From Takakia lepidozioides (lineage: Eukaryota > Plantae > Bryophyta), in assembly GCA_030704615.1 (NCBI GenBank), contig CM060734.1, forward strand, positions 40,672,001 through 40,736,000: a stretch of 64,000 nt of DNA, read 5' to 3'. Position numbers and translations under genes: made by a program. This document shows, one piece after another, positions 12,154 to 25,300 of the stretch; the first letter of the stretch is position 1, and the number at the start of each line of letters is the position of its first letter. The notes under the pieces are model-generated. The model was not told the origin of the DNA, did no database searches, and saw nothing but the letters and a program-made list of their open reading frames with translations.

Positions 12154-15100
12154 ATGTTGACTTTCATTACAATGGTTTCCGCGACCTCTGTAGTGGCCAC
12201 TACATTGCAATTTGCTTTAGCCGTGCCACGTTTGATGATCGCATACGGCTATACACTCCAGTAGCAGCCCGAAAAGCGAGCAAGACAAATAGAATCTTAA
12301 GCAATTGCGGTGCTTCAAAAGAGGAACATGTGCTTATTTCAACAATCACTGAAGGCAATTTAAACAAGGTTCAGATTTTTGGGTCATTTTTTGGTCCGGG
12401 GTATATCAAACCCCGTTCTATTCATTGGTGGGATCAATTTGCAGAGACTGTGATGAAGGAAGAAGAAGAGAGATTTCGGAAAATGCTTAGAGTGACAGTC
12501 CACATTCGATTGTTTGTGTGATATTCTTGGCAATGACCTCATGTGAAATTTGCCTGCTGGTTTGCAAAACATCAAAGGCAAAAAACTATCAATTGCCAAA
12601 CAAGTAGCCATTATCTCTACGAAGGTTTGCAATAGGAGATTCTTTTCTCACTATAGGGGAAATGTTTGGTGTGGCTGATTCCACCGTCAGCAAAATTGTG
12701 CACAGATTCTCCAGACAGAAGTGCAAGACACAAATATGGATTACAAAGGCATGGCCATCAAGATAAGGTCAGGCTCGAAAGTGCAATCTGGACAGGTAAT
12801 CCGATCCATGATGGTTATGGAGGCGAACCTCATGGTACCCCTCAGCAGGATGATATAAATGCTTGTTGTTCGTCCTGCCCTGACCGGGGATATCAGGAAG
12901 CTTCAAGGAGGTTTGTGCACGGGTATGTGTTTGGAACCCCAGTCTTTTACAATTCTGTTGGAGACTCCAATGGGAATGAGAGACTAGTAGACGACGACAT
13001 CGAGGGCAAGTGGGATGAGTGCTGGAGGGAAGTGAATTTGGAATTCGAGCAGTCTCTGTCCAGGAGTCCGGAGTTGCAGGTGTACAGTAACAAGATGTTT
13101 TTTGTTTGGGACGGGAACCACCGCCTGCTTGCTTGGATGGGAGTACATTGAATCTATGCATCGAGAGGAGAAGATTGGCATTACTCCGTCGCAGCGTGCG
13201 TTTTGGATCCGAAGGGAAACTACACACATCTACTAACAGCCATGCATGATATAAACAAGTAAGTTCTCTTCAACCACCAGATTCTGATGCAACCTCAAAT
13301 GCTATTATTTGCCATTAAAACTTTTCTCACACTCGTTTGATGGTGCAGGCAGATAGAGTCTTCCTATGTCACCACAAACTTGGTGCCACACATTATTCAG
13401 GATGCAAAAGCTAGGATGGATGCCATTGTCTAGCTTCAAGACTATTCTTTCACCCGAGGCCTTCGAGAAGTGCGAGACCTCCAAAAAGGTAGAGACATGG
13501 TACACACTGACGAGGGATGCGTTCCTGGAGTACATGTACACGGTAGGTCCTACAAACAGCCTTTTTTTTATCATTCATATGTACCCATGTTCAGGCTTGT
13601 GTCAACGCAAGCCTGAATTTGTGAAGTTTAGATTCAGGTACCTATTGCACATTTGGGAGTCTGACCTTTTTAACGTTGCCTTTGGGTTGATAGCAAGAAA
13701 TTGCTGATGCGGAGAGAGAGGGGAAAAGCGGAATATTACGGAAAAACTCCAGAAAGTGAACGCACTGCCCACGGTATTGAGGCGGCAATGACCTTCCACA
13801 TGAACAAATTCCGCGGGAAGGTGGTGACTGCGTTCACCAAGCAATTGCACATAGCTGATCCTGGTCTTGGCCCTCAGTTTCTTGATGAGGTTCGCATTCA
13901 TTGGAGAAAGACAACAAAGCCTGAAATGACACAAGAGAAGCTGCACAGGCTCGCCATGGCAGTGGTGGAACCAGCAGTGGAAATACGGTGGCTTCAAATT
14001 TGGAACTCTGAGCCTGTTCTACGGCAAGCAAATAGTTTTTCCCTATGGGGAGAGAAGAACCCACCACTGGAGTCGTCACCCCTTTCAGTGACCAAGTGTG
14101 GGACATCTGGCTTCATAAAGCCACATTCTAGGCGCAGGTAAGAATATCATGACACAGGTCTTCAATGTCTCTGTTGAATGTCTTTGAGTGCATTCGCAAA
14201 ATCTAACCAAGTTATTTGTGTGCCAGTTGGAGGAGAGGGCTGAGGAGGTTATGGAGAAATCTCTAACAGACTTCAAGATAGTCGTTGTACACCCGATGAG
14301 TCATTCGAGACCTGGATAAGAGGTGGAAAGAGATCGTTTGGGACCATGCGTTCTTCCGCGAATTTGCTATGGATGGTGGGATTAATTGTTCGAATTTGTT
14401 CGATGCGCAGTATAATGGGGAGCAGGCGATGAAGTGAGTCATATACAGGTTTCATTTCATGCTTTTTAATGTGGTGAGCTGTTCTTTAAGATAGAAGCTG
14501 CCTCTATTGAGGCTTGCGTTAATGCAAGCTGCTGACCCTGCTACTCATGGCTTGCATTCTCCCCCAGTGTCATTGGGCTAGGATCAGGCTTGCGTTGACG
14601 CAGCTCTAGTGTGTGGATAGATATTGGTAGTTTGAACCAAGTATTAGGAAGGGGTATGTTGTGAGAATTTTAAGTACAGCTATGGAGTGTTCTTCGTGCA
14701 AAACTTTGAGGAACGGACTTTACCGGGTCTGCATGAGGCTTGCGTTGACGCAAGCCTGTTTGATGGCAGCCCACGACTTGAGTGATAAAAGGATTTCTTA
14801 AGTGTCAAACTCTTGTTTCAGAACCGGAAAGAGGCTTTCGTTGACGCAAGGATGAGTTTAGCCTGCACTTGGATTGTTTTTTGTTAAGTGTTACAACAAA
14901 AGGATGGAGCCTGCTATCATGTCTTCCTATGAACTCTCATGATTTTTGTTGTTTTTGTTTTCGCAGATATATCCACGGAGTACTTTTTCCAGGTGGTTTT
15001 CTAAGCTCCTACTCATTCTTCATTGACAGCTGGGCAAAGACAAATCCCGACACAACAATGTACACAATGGGCATTCTGGAGGACTGGAGCATGTCTCATT

Positions 15101-15451
15101 TCAAAGACTGTGGGTGGTACCTTGATTGCCCGAAACAATCGACACCCTGGGAGGAGAAGGTCCAGCGAAACTTGAATGACAATGCAGAGGCTCTTGCTCC
15201 TCTGACAGATAGGCAGCTGCAGTTGAGAGATCTCCGGCTTCTCAAAGCAAAGGAACCAGTTGTAAATCAGAGCCCGAAAAAGAAGGGTGGAAAGAAGAAG
15301 GACAAAAAGAAAGAGGGTGAACAAAGTCAGGCAGCGGCTGCTGTGGCAGGAGGGGCTCAGAGGGGTTCACAACTGGCTCTGTCGTACAAACCATACGAGG
15401 CCCTACCTAACCCTGGCAGAGGTGTGGCCACGGGATATACAACAAGACAAT
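12154..15451 (+). repeat. Copy 2 of composite repeat, left part; continues at 26381 after E1
   Basis: Reverse complement of ~3216-6160; colinearity resumes at 26381 (aaagcttcttggacataatg). Confidence 0.9.
12330..12725 (+). pseudogene. PIF/Harbinger transposase N-terminal fragment (copy 2)
   Basis: Same motifs as copy 1 (HWWDQFAETVMKEEEERFRKMLRVT..KQVAI..). Confidence 0.75.
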
Positions 15452-15776
15452 TGTCAAGTTATTTACCACTAGTGTGAAACTAGCTAGGAAATAGCTATCT
15501 TTTACATATTGACATTTGGGATTGGCCCAAGTGTCAATCCAGGGGTCAAGGCAGATTTAGGCCCTGGAGTGGTTATCTTCACGGCAAGCGCGGGGGCTCA
15601 TCTTTCTCGAGTTGAGCCTCACCGCGCCTAGCTATGGCGCCGTAGTGTGGATTCCCCATGGCGTGGGGTGCACTTGGCTTGACTTGTATTTGAGTGATGA
15701 GGTTATATATGCATGAGTTTATGCTTCATCTTTGTGAGCTCGCATGAGCTTGTGCTTGTATTCTTCTTCTTTATCA
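15452..15776 (+). repeat. E1 repeat A1
   Basis: Direct repeat of 25865-26189, about 4-5 differences by eye; ends ttatCA. Confidence 0.95.
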
Positions 15777-15792
15777 CTCGAGAAAGATCAGC
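15777..15792 (+). promoter_or_regulatory. E1 self-priming PBS
   Basis: (a)ctcgagaaagat is the reverse complement of atctttctcgagt at 15600-15612 inside A1. Confidence 0.75.
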
Positions 15793-17289
15793 TCGTATCT
15801 GTGAGTGCCAGATACGAGTTAGTTGTAGCACTTGTGGTTTTTGCTTGAGAATGAGAGAAACCAAGTTGTTATGCAAGGAGCACCGTGGAGCTCTTAGTTG
15901 TTAGAAGCGGAGGCGATGTGGGTTACGAGGTCGTAGACCTTGGCATTCGATCTTCAGCTTCAGAGATGAAAGCACCATGCTGCAGGTAATTCCAGAGCAC
16001 TTGTGTACAGAGGTTCAGATGAGCAAGCACACGATTGGGAAGAGGACCAGTCAAGAGCAGGTTATAGTGGCTTTGGTGGCAAAGCTGAGAACTGGACTTG
16101 GGAATGCGAGCTTTCATTGTGTGAAGGATTGCAAGACCAAGCGAAATGGCTGATTTTGCTTGGGGCAAATCAGTGCACTTTGTGGATATGGTGAGATTTG
16201 GGTTTCAATCTCGAGCTTCGCATGAGAGGGCTCTTGTCATGCAAGAGCAGGGCTGGAACTCAGGAGCTAAGAGGTGCGGCAAGGCCATGGAATGTGCACC
16301 TAGGTTTCAGAGCTTGGAAGAAGAGTTCTTGCACCACAAGAGAAGTGTCTTGTGGCTGGAAATGTAAGCCTTAGGGTTTCAGGAGCTTGGCAAAGGCTAT
16401 GGAGTGCTTAGTCTTGTTAGAGAGCATCAAGGAGCCAAGGAGCCAAGATAGGGGGCTGATATCTCTTGTGTGAAGAGGTTGCATGTGTGGAGCATGTATT
16501 CAGCTCATTGAAGCTTCCATCTTCAAGCTTGGAGGGCAAGCAAGGAAGAGGGAAGGGCTGACTTCCCTTATGTGAGGGCAATGTATGTGTGGAGCATGCT
16601 ATCAGCCTGGTGAAGGCTTGCACTTTTAGGTGTGGGAGTGCAAGAAAGGAAGGAAGGGGCTGGTTTCCCTGTAGGGCATGTAGAGCATGCTTTCAGCCTG
16701 CTGAAGCTTGTATTATCAGGTTTGTGGGTGCAAGAAATGAAGCAAAGGAGCTGATTCTCTTATGGTGAGAGTGGGGCATGTGTGGAGCATGCCTTCAGCC
16801 CATTGAGGCTCTTGTTTTCAAGCCTTAGAGAGCTAGAACGGAAGGTCTAGGGCTGGTTTCCACTTGGAGTGAAAGAACAGCACTTGTAGGGCCTATGTGA
16901 GTTGGGGTTTCAACTTCAAGCTTGAAGGGAGCGCAACTCTTGAAGCAACAGGTGTAGAGGGCTGGAATAGGCTCTAAGACAGATGCTATGGTCAATGAGG
17001 GGAGTGCTTGAATGAGTGCTCACAAGGGCTGGGAACCAGCAGGGCTTGGTTGTTTGCCATTGAGTTTAGTGGCGTGTTTAGGGAGGCTAAGTGAGAAAGA
17101 AGGCTTGGTTTGTGGCAACCACCTCATGGCTTAGGGCTACTATGGTGGTGTGTGTGGGAGCCGAAAGAGCAAGGATACCTTGCTGATTTCCTCACAGCCA
17201 CCATAGCTCGGTGGAAAGAAGCCTAGAGTCCAAGAGACACAAACCCTAGCTTGGCGTGGCTAAAACCCTTGGAGAAATGGCTAAGCTGC

Positions 17290-17900
17290 CAGAGCGGCAT
17301 GTGGGGGCTTGTGACAAAGCTGTGACGGGCTGTGATGTGACATGTGTGTGCTGTGACAGGCTGTGAAAGTGAAATGTGACACGGGCTGTGTGTGTGTGGG
17401 CTCTGTGAAGGCTGTGCCCTGTTGGGGCTGTGACGGGCTGTGAGGCTGGTGCCCATGGCCTTTGGGGCTGTGACGGCTGTTGTGAGGCTGAGGACGGGCT
17501 GTGACAGGATGGCCTTTGGGGCTGTGACTGTGAACAGACCCTGTGTACTGTGAAGCTGTGGGCCTTTGGGGCTGTGACGGGCTGTGTGTGACAGGCTGTG
17601 GGGGGCTGTGACTGTGTGTGACAGGCAAAAGGGCTGTGACAGGCCGTGCTGGCCTTTGGGGCTGTGACGGGCTGTGAGGGGCTGAGGCAGGCCTGTGACA
17701 GGCTGTTGAAGGACTGACGGGCTGTGACTGTGACAAAACCTGTTGGACCCCAGGCACTGTGACAAGGCCCTGCCTGTGTAACTGTGAATGTGACCAATGT
17801 CTGTTCTGTTGTGGCCTTTGGGGCTGTGACGGGCTGTGGAAACGAGGCCCTGTGTGTGACTGTGTGGAAATGTGAAGAATGTGAACAAAACCAGTGAACC
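17290..17900. repeat. Low-complexity array (GGGCTGTGAC/CTGTGA variants) in E1 5' UTR
   Basis: Dozens of ctgtga-containing units. Confidence 0.9.
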
Positions 17901-18125
17901 TGTGGATGGCCTGTGCTGACTCGTGGAGGCACTGGTGGACTAAGGACTGGCATGTGGTCTGGAAGGCCTTTTGAAGCTCGTGGAGGGCGGTTTGAGGAGT
18001 ATCTTCATGATATTCCCATGGTAGGTGTAGGCTATGTTAGGAACTTAGTATTCCAACCATAAGCGCAACAGGTTCTCTACCCGGTTACCTTGTGGAGAGG
18101 GGGTTAGGGACATGTTCATGACCGG

Positions 18126-20700
18126 TTGAGTGTCAACACGGAGGTGCCACTAGTTGCTGGGACAGTGCCGGTTCGAGCACTAGCGATACTAGTGGGTACA
18201 CGACGAGGTGTGCGGTTTAGGCCACCTTCACCTCCTGTGTCTTCCACGGAAGGTTCTGATTCGGATTGTGAATCAGGAGGACTCATACCGGCGGTGCAAG
18301 TTGTTTCTTTGCCATTGTTGTGGGACACAATGGAGGAGATGTATGGAGCTACCAAGGGGCCACGAAGGTACTCTGGGGCGGTGGGCACCATTGAGTTGGA
18401 TGATTTTATCCAAGAGTTTGATAGTTGGTGTGATTTGCAGCAAATGCGCAATCCACAACTATTTACGCCGTTCATGGCATGGAAGGGCTGTTTCAGCACC
18501 TTGAGGGGCCGCCTATGGATGATTACCATGAGTTCAGGCGGGGGCATGAGGTTGAGATCGAGGAGTGGAGGATGTACTGGTCACCCGACTATGTCTCCAT
18601 CACTAGGGGCACTAGAGCCACGAGGGCAGTGGCTACACCTGCCGCTGCACCGGCAGCTTCAGCAAGCAGCAGTGGGACTGGTGGTACAGTAGCTACGACG
18701 TCCACCCAAGCCACTACCGCACCAGCACTAGCACCCGTGCCTGCCTTCAAACCCTGTTGTGGAGTTCTTCGAAGAGTTGAGAGGGAACTACCAAGGGGTG
18801 AGGACAGAGAAGTTGCGGAGCTTGCAAGAGTTCCAACGGAAGCCGACCGAGAGCTTGAGGGAGGCTTTCACTCGCATGAGGCGCTTGATAAATGTAACCC
18901 AAGGGGTTACGGAAGCTCAGGCAGTCCAATTCTGGTATGGGATATTGGACAAGGAGCTGAGGAGAAGGGTGCGGGATGCAACTCTCCTACAAGCGGCCCA
19001 ACCCACCTTAGCAAATGTGTTTTTGCTGGCAGAGCGGATAGAGCTCAACATGGTGGAGGAACGAGTGGTCATGGTGGGATTTGCTAAGGAGACACCACGG
19101 GGTAGTGGTGCTCCTAGCCAACCACTACCTCAACGTGCTCAAGGCAACAAGGGGGCTCAGGTGAAGCTCAGGGAAGGGCAGAGAGGACCTCAGATGCAGG
19201 GGTCTCTCCTTCATTTGCTGGCCAACAACGGGCGGATGTGGTGTGCTGGACATGTGGAGGACCCCATGTCAAGAAGGATTGCCCAGAGGGAGGCAAAGGG
19301 CGGCACATGCACAGCCTGCACAGTTGCAGTGTGGGCATTGTGGCAAGCACGGGCATGGAGAGGCCCAGTGTTATGGTTTGCATCCTGAGTTGCGCCCAGG
19401 CCAGTTCCAAGGGAACAATGGTGGCCGGGGGCGAGGTGGAGCAGCCCAGAGAGGACGAGGTGGCCAGCCACGAGGTGCAGGCCAAGGGCAAGCTCAACGT
19501 GGCCAAGGACGCGGAGGTCAGGGTGTTGACCAAGGCATGGCCAACCGGCTTCAGCAGCTAGAGCAGAGGCTCGCTGCCATGGCTACAGCTCAGGTGGTAC
19601 CGGCTCTAAGCCGGATGGTCCACCTCCTGCTCCTGAGGGAGGAGATATGGGAGGCATGGGATTCATGTGTGGAGCAGCACTACCACTAGTGCAGGTGGAG
19701 TCTGCTGCAGCCGTGACTCGAGGAGCAGCACGAGTTCCTGAGCCACGAGGTGCAGAGGTGGAGTTGGATCCACAGCGTGGGGAGGCAAGCCGTCAGGCTA
19801 GGCTTCCTCAGTCATTCACATTGGCGGAGACAGTGTCGACGCCATCCATGGCACCTAGTTCTCGCCCGACTGTTACCGAGGCGGAGGTTACTATGCCATT
19901 GGGGAGAGCTACACGGGTAGCACCACTACCTAGTGTTGCCAAGGCTACGGCAGCTAGTGTGCTGCTAGGAGCGGCCACATCTGTGTGCCAGGCTCCATTG
20001 TTCTCGGCTACCATGATTGCGACGCCGGGGGTAAGACCAGCTGAGGTGTTCAGGCTGGCAGCTACACTCTGTGAGAGTGGGGAGGTTACTTCATCTTCTG
20101 CGGAGATAGTGGGAGGTGTAGTGCCGGAGGGATCCTCGGATTTGAGGGTCAAGACTGCCACGGCGGCGCCATGGCAAGCTGCAGCTGCCAGGTTGATGGA
20201 GCTGCCAGCTAGGCCAGCCATTGAGCGCGCCATGGTGACACCTGGAGTTGTCATGTTAGACAACCAGGATGGCATTTTCTGTTTGAGTGGACCGGCAGGC
20301 AAGAGGTACCGGCCACTGCGGTCTTGTTGGACTCGGGAGCTCAGCCATGATGCTGGGCAGAGCTGCTATTGCAGGCTTGGGCCTCACGGAGGCGGATATG
20401 GAGCCTTGTCCTTTCCAGATACAGACGTCTCTGGGAGGATCGGAGCAGGCTCGGGGCATGACACGGCATGAGTTGGCTATCAGACTACGCCGGATCACCC
20501 TACAGATGGCTCAGTGATGCGAGCCAAGGCCATTGTGACAGACGCAGTCTCATACGATGTCCTGGTTGGTGGGGCAGTGTTGTACCCCATGGGCTTCACC
20601 CTGGATTTTTGGGAGGAGTCAGCTTCCTATAGGCCTGCATGGCAGTCAGGGGAGGGCCGGCGTGTGCAGCTCCCTGTGACGTTCATAGGAGGAGTTGCGG
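18126..20700 (+). pseudogene. E1 gag + aspartic protease (frameshifted)
   Basis: LDDFIQEFDSW; FQRKPTESLREAFTRM; zinc knuckles CWTCGGPHVKKDC and CGHCGKHGHGEAQC; protease LLDSGA near 20325-20342. Confidence 0.85.
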
Positions 20701-21038
20701 TTGCCCAGCGAGGCAAGATGCCGACACTAGCAGCATTCACAGCGGCAGTGAGTTGGCCTAGAGAGTTGCTTGAGGGCAATGCTCATTCAGAGGATGTACC
20801 ACCTCCGGGAGAGCAGGATGACATGTATGGTATGGCGGAGTTGCCTACCATGGTTGCTCAGACTCCATTGTGGGGCACGAGCAAGGATTTGCAGCGGGAT
20901 GCTGATCGACGGGTGCAACAAGCCTGGGTGGAGGCTTTTGTACCGTCAGGAGAGGAGGAGAGTGTGGGGATTGCACCAGGACCACCTCAATTGTCTCCAT
21001 TGGACACCACACCTATTGTGTGGCAGTCTCCGGATGAA

Positions 21039-21990
21039 GGCATTTGTCTTCTGGACTTGTTTGGCGGGATCAGCACCGGATTGGCTGCTGTGTTACAGGC
21101 AGGTGTACGAGTTCGGCGTTACCTGTATGTGGAGAGGGATGAGACTGCACGACGCGTTTCACTTCGCCATGTTGCTCAGTTGGTGCAGCGGTACCCTGAG
21201 TTGTTGTCGGTGTCTGCAATTCGTGGATATCAGCAGGCCTTGCCAGCAGACATTTCGTTGCTGGGGGCGCAGGATTTGGAGCGGGTTGGCTCCATTGATC
21301 TGGTAGTGGCAGGTTGGCCCTGCCAAGGGCATTCATCAGCCGGGCATGGCAATGGATTGCGAGACTCGAGGTCGGGTCTGTTTTGGGAGATGGTGCGGGT
21401 TTTGCGCCACTTGCAGCTTCATCAAGCTGTATCTCCAGCATACATCTTGGAGAATGCCACTGATGGGCGATTCTCGGGCCAGGGTGATGGCCAGTGTGCA
21501 TCAAGTCCGGTCGTGGCTTGGGTCAGCAGTGTTGCTAGATGCAGCTACAGTGGGGTCACGGGCTCATCGTCCACGGCTATGGTGGACTAACATGATGCCA
21601 CCCGCACTGCTCAAGCGTGCATTTGATGGGGTGCAGCGGCCAGCACATCTCACAGTGGATAACATTCTGGACACAGGGAGGCAGTCTCAACGTGTGAGAC
21701 ACGATGACCGTTCGCCTTTGGCAGTGGTCAACAAGGTGGGTCAACCACGAGCAGCATTACCTACACTGCTCAGCTTTCCCAGGATCGCATGCTTTCCGGG
21801 ATAGTGGACCTGGCCTCCTGTGGGATGCTCAGTTGCAGCAGTTAGTGGAGCCTAATGCTGACGAGCGTGAGCGGGCAATGGGTTTTACCACTGGTACCAC
21901 GCGGTGTCTCTTTCTCTTTCTGAGGCATCACGTCGTCAAGTGTTGGGGCAAGCAATGGATCTCAATTGCTTGACCTGGATTATCAGCTTG
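21039..21990 (+). pseudogene. E1 DNMT3-like C5 cytosine methyltransferase domain
   Basis: Motif I LDLFGGISTG; II YVERD; IV IDLVVAGWPCQ; SGLFWEMVR; VI YILEN; VIII AHRPRLWWTN; IX ERERAMGF; X RRQVLGQA. Confidence 0.9.
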
Positions 21991-22399
21991 GCTCTAGCTG
22001 AGCAACGCAGAGTGCGGAATACACTTCCCTCAATGGTCTCTCTGCCTACCGAGACGGTACAGGCAGTGAGTGGGGGCGAGCATATGAGGACCACGGGGTG
22101 CATGCATCCATGGCACACGTGGGAGGTGCTCGAGGTTCAGAGGGAGTTGGCAGCCAAGGCGGCTGTGATGGATGAGGTTGGGGATTCTTCTCGGTTGAGG
22201 AGGTCCTCAAGGATGAGATGATGGGGCAGGATGAGCCTTGTCATTGACTGAGCAGGTAGGGAGTACTGCTCAAGAGGTTGCAGCATAGCAACCACGGGAC
22301 GCGTCCTCTACCTCTAAGCCCACTGGACTTAAGGTTGTAGTTACGGAGGACAATTGGGAGCCTGACATTGGACCCATTGTCACCGGAGGAGAGAGACGA

Positions 22400-25300
22400 C
22401 GTATACGGCGGTTCCTGAGGGCTTACAGGAATTGCTTTGCCTTCAGTTTGAAGGACTTGGGAGCACTGAAGGGTCAAGAGATCCGTATTGAGTTGGCCAC
22501 TGACACGCCAATCTTTCGGAGACCCTATAGATACAGTGACATGGAGAGGTCTTTGATTCAGATGAGGACTCAAGATCTCTGGGAGGCAGGTTTGGTGGAG
22601 CTCTCTGGTGGAGAGTATGCTTCAGCCACAGTGATGCCAGCCAAGAAGGATGTCTATGGCAATTGGACGGAGAGACGTATGTGCGGTGATTACCGGCCTG
22701 TAAATCGTCAGACCAAGTCCGATAAGTATGCCATGCCAACACCAGAGGAGATCTTTGATGCCATCGGGCATGCTAAGGCCTTTAGCACTTTGGATTTACG
22801 ATCCGGATATCACCAGTTGCCAATCAAGGAGGCGGACAAGCAGAAGACGGCATTCTGGGGGATCAATGAGCACGGCAAGGATTGCCTATATCAGTGGCGG
22901 TTCTTACCATTTGGGCTTAAGAATGCTCCTGCAGAGTTTCAGAGAGTCATGGATAGGATTCTAGCAGGGGTGGACTTTGCTCGGTGCTACATAGATGACA
23001 TCATCATCTTAGTGTTACGATGGAGGAGCATGAGAGACACCTTCAGGTGGTATTGGAGCGCTTGAGAGCGCACGGATTGAAGTTGCATCCGGGGAAGTGC
23101 AAGTTTTTCCACAACCAGATTGAGTATCTGGGTCACATGATATATCCTGGAGGATTGGGGGTACAGCAGACTAAGGTAGAGGCCATTGCACAAATTCCAC
23201 GCCCCACGGATGTGAGCCGAGTTCGAGCTTTCATGGGGTTGGCAAACTATTATAGACGGTTTGTCAAGGGATTTAGTACCATTGCAAAGGCTCTAACCAA
23301 GCTGACCAAGGTGGACCAGGAGTGGCAGTGGGAAGATGAGCAGGAACGAGCTTTTCAAGAGCTCAAGGCGAGGTTGACCTCGGCGCCTATCTTGAGACGA
23401 CCTATCAGGGGGCGTCCCTTTCAGCTGCATACGGATTGGAGCATGCTGGGGCTTGGAGCGGTGCTCACACAGGTGGATGATGAGGGAAGAGAGTTCGTAG
23501 TGGCTTACGCTAGCCGCTCGAACAACGCTGCAGAGGCTAAGTACAGCTCATATGAGGGAGAGTGCTTAGCTGCAGTGTGGGCCGTGGCACACTTCAGGTG
23601 CTATCTATACGGCAATCTTTTCACCCTTGTCACGGATCACCAGCCACTCAAGTGGTTGATGGAGTCAGACAAGCTTACGGGGAAGCTTGCACGGTGGGCA
23701 CTTATACTCCAGGAGTATGACTTTCAGGTTGTGCATCGACCGGGTTTGGTCAATCGGGATGCGGATGGATTGAGTCGCAATCCATGCATGAGCCAGCAGG
23801 ATGACACTGGAGCTCGGTGGCATGGTGAGACGGACGAGGAGATGGTGCCGGGATGGCACGCATCTGCATTTTTGTGTATCTTGGCATCGGGAGGTCAGAT
23901 TGGACCTACAACAGGGATGACTGTAGACGGAGTGTCTGAGGACCCTGAGGCTAGTGATGAGCTAGGTGGTGCCAGAGATATACATGAGGATTCGGCTGTG
24001 TTGGACTACCTCCGCACGGGAGACACGGCAGCCATTGTGACTGCCAGGGAGAGGGATCGGATCCTGCAACGAGCCAAGAGGTTCAAGTGGGAGGGGATAC
24101 ACCTACTTCGAGTGTGGGAGGATGGTCGGGTGAGGATTGTGCCTCACCCCACACAGCGTGCACGGTTAGTGCGGCATGCCCATGAGGAGTTGGGGCATTT
24201 TGGAGTGCGACGCACTCACAGTTTACTGCAGGGCAGTATTGGTGGCGTGGTATGCATACAGAGGTGCAACAGTTTGTGGCTAGGTGCATGGTGTGTGACA
24301 GGGTGCGTGCTTCATTCAACGCCCCTACACCACAGTTGCATCCTTTACCTATCATGGGATTGGGCTACAGGTGGAGTCTTGACTTCGCAGGACCGTTGCC
24401 ACTGACTATGCGCCACCACAGATATGTGTTGGTGATGGTGGAGCACTTCTCCAAGTGGATTGAGTTGGTTCCATTGCCTGACAAGGTGAGGGGGCTGCGT
24501 ATGCATTCTTGGATCGTGTGCTTAGCCGATTTGGTGCTCCAGCTGAGGTACTCACGGACCAAGGGAGAGAGTTCTTGGGGGAGTTTCAGGCTTTGTGTGA
24601 TAAAGCCTTGATAGACCACCGCACCACTTCTCGGGATCATCCTGAGGCCGATGGCTTAGCAGAGAGAGTTGTTCAGACGGTGAAGAGGGGTTTGCGCAAG
24701 TATGGCTTGCAGAAGGGACACCTAGGAGATTGGGATCTTCAGGTTCCTTGGTTAGCCATGGGCTACAGGTTCAGCAAACAAGCATCACTTGCCTCCTTCT
24801 CACCATATTTCCTTCTCTTTGGCCGAGAGCCGGATTTGCCTGCAGCCATTCGTAGGGACACTGCTCAAGTCCTTAACCTTGACGATCCGGACGTGTGGGT
24901 ACGTGCATGTGATCAGCGTGCAGAGTTGTTCAAGAAAGTCATGCCCATGCTTTTGAGAACCTTGCCATTGCACAGCACCGTGATACGTTGAGGTATGCCA
25001 CTATACGTGGTGGAGGATATCGTCCTGGGGTTCGGAGGTTTAGCCCTGGTGACTATGTTTATTTGCAGCAGACTGCTCCTACGACTCTGGATGTTACTGC
25101 AGGGCGTGTTATTCTGAGGGTTCGAGAGGTGTTGCCCTCAGGGGTCCTGATCTTGGAGGGTCGGATGGCATGACTTGGAAGGACCATGTGCGTAATTGTG
25201 CGCCATGTCACCTTCCCAATGTCGATGGCAGAGTTGACCCAAACTTGGCAGTGGTACCTGCAGGTTTGAGGTGCATGCTCTGTGGGTCTGCCAAAGGGGC

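Noticed and set aside
14993-15259. GT-AG-bounded 267-bp segment absent in copy 1, read as intron loss
   Set aside because: It is open in frame and flanked by CCAG microhomology, and neighbouring introns are retained; a simple deletion is more likely.
17223-17953. Three long minus-strand ORFs (QPVTAPK-rich)
   Set aside because: By-products of the CTGTGA tandem array.
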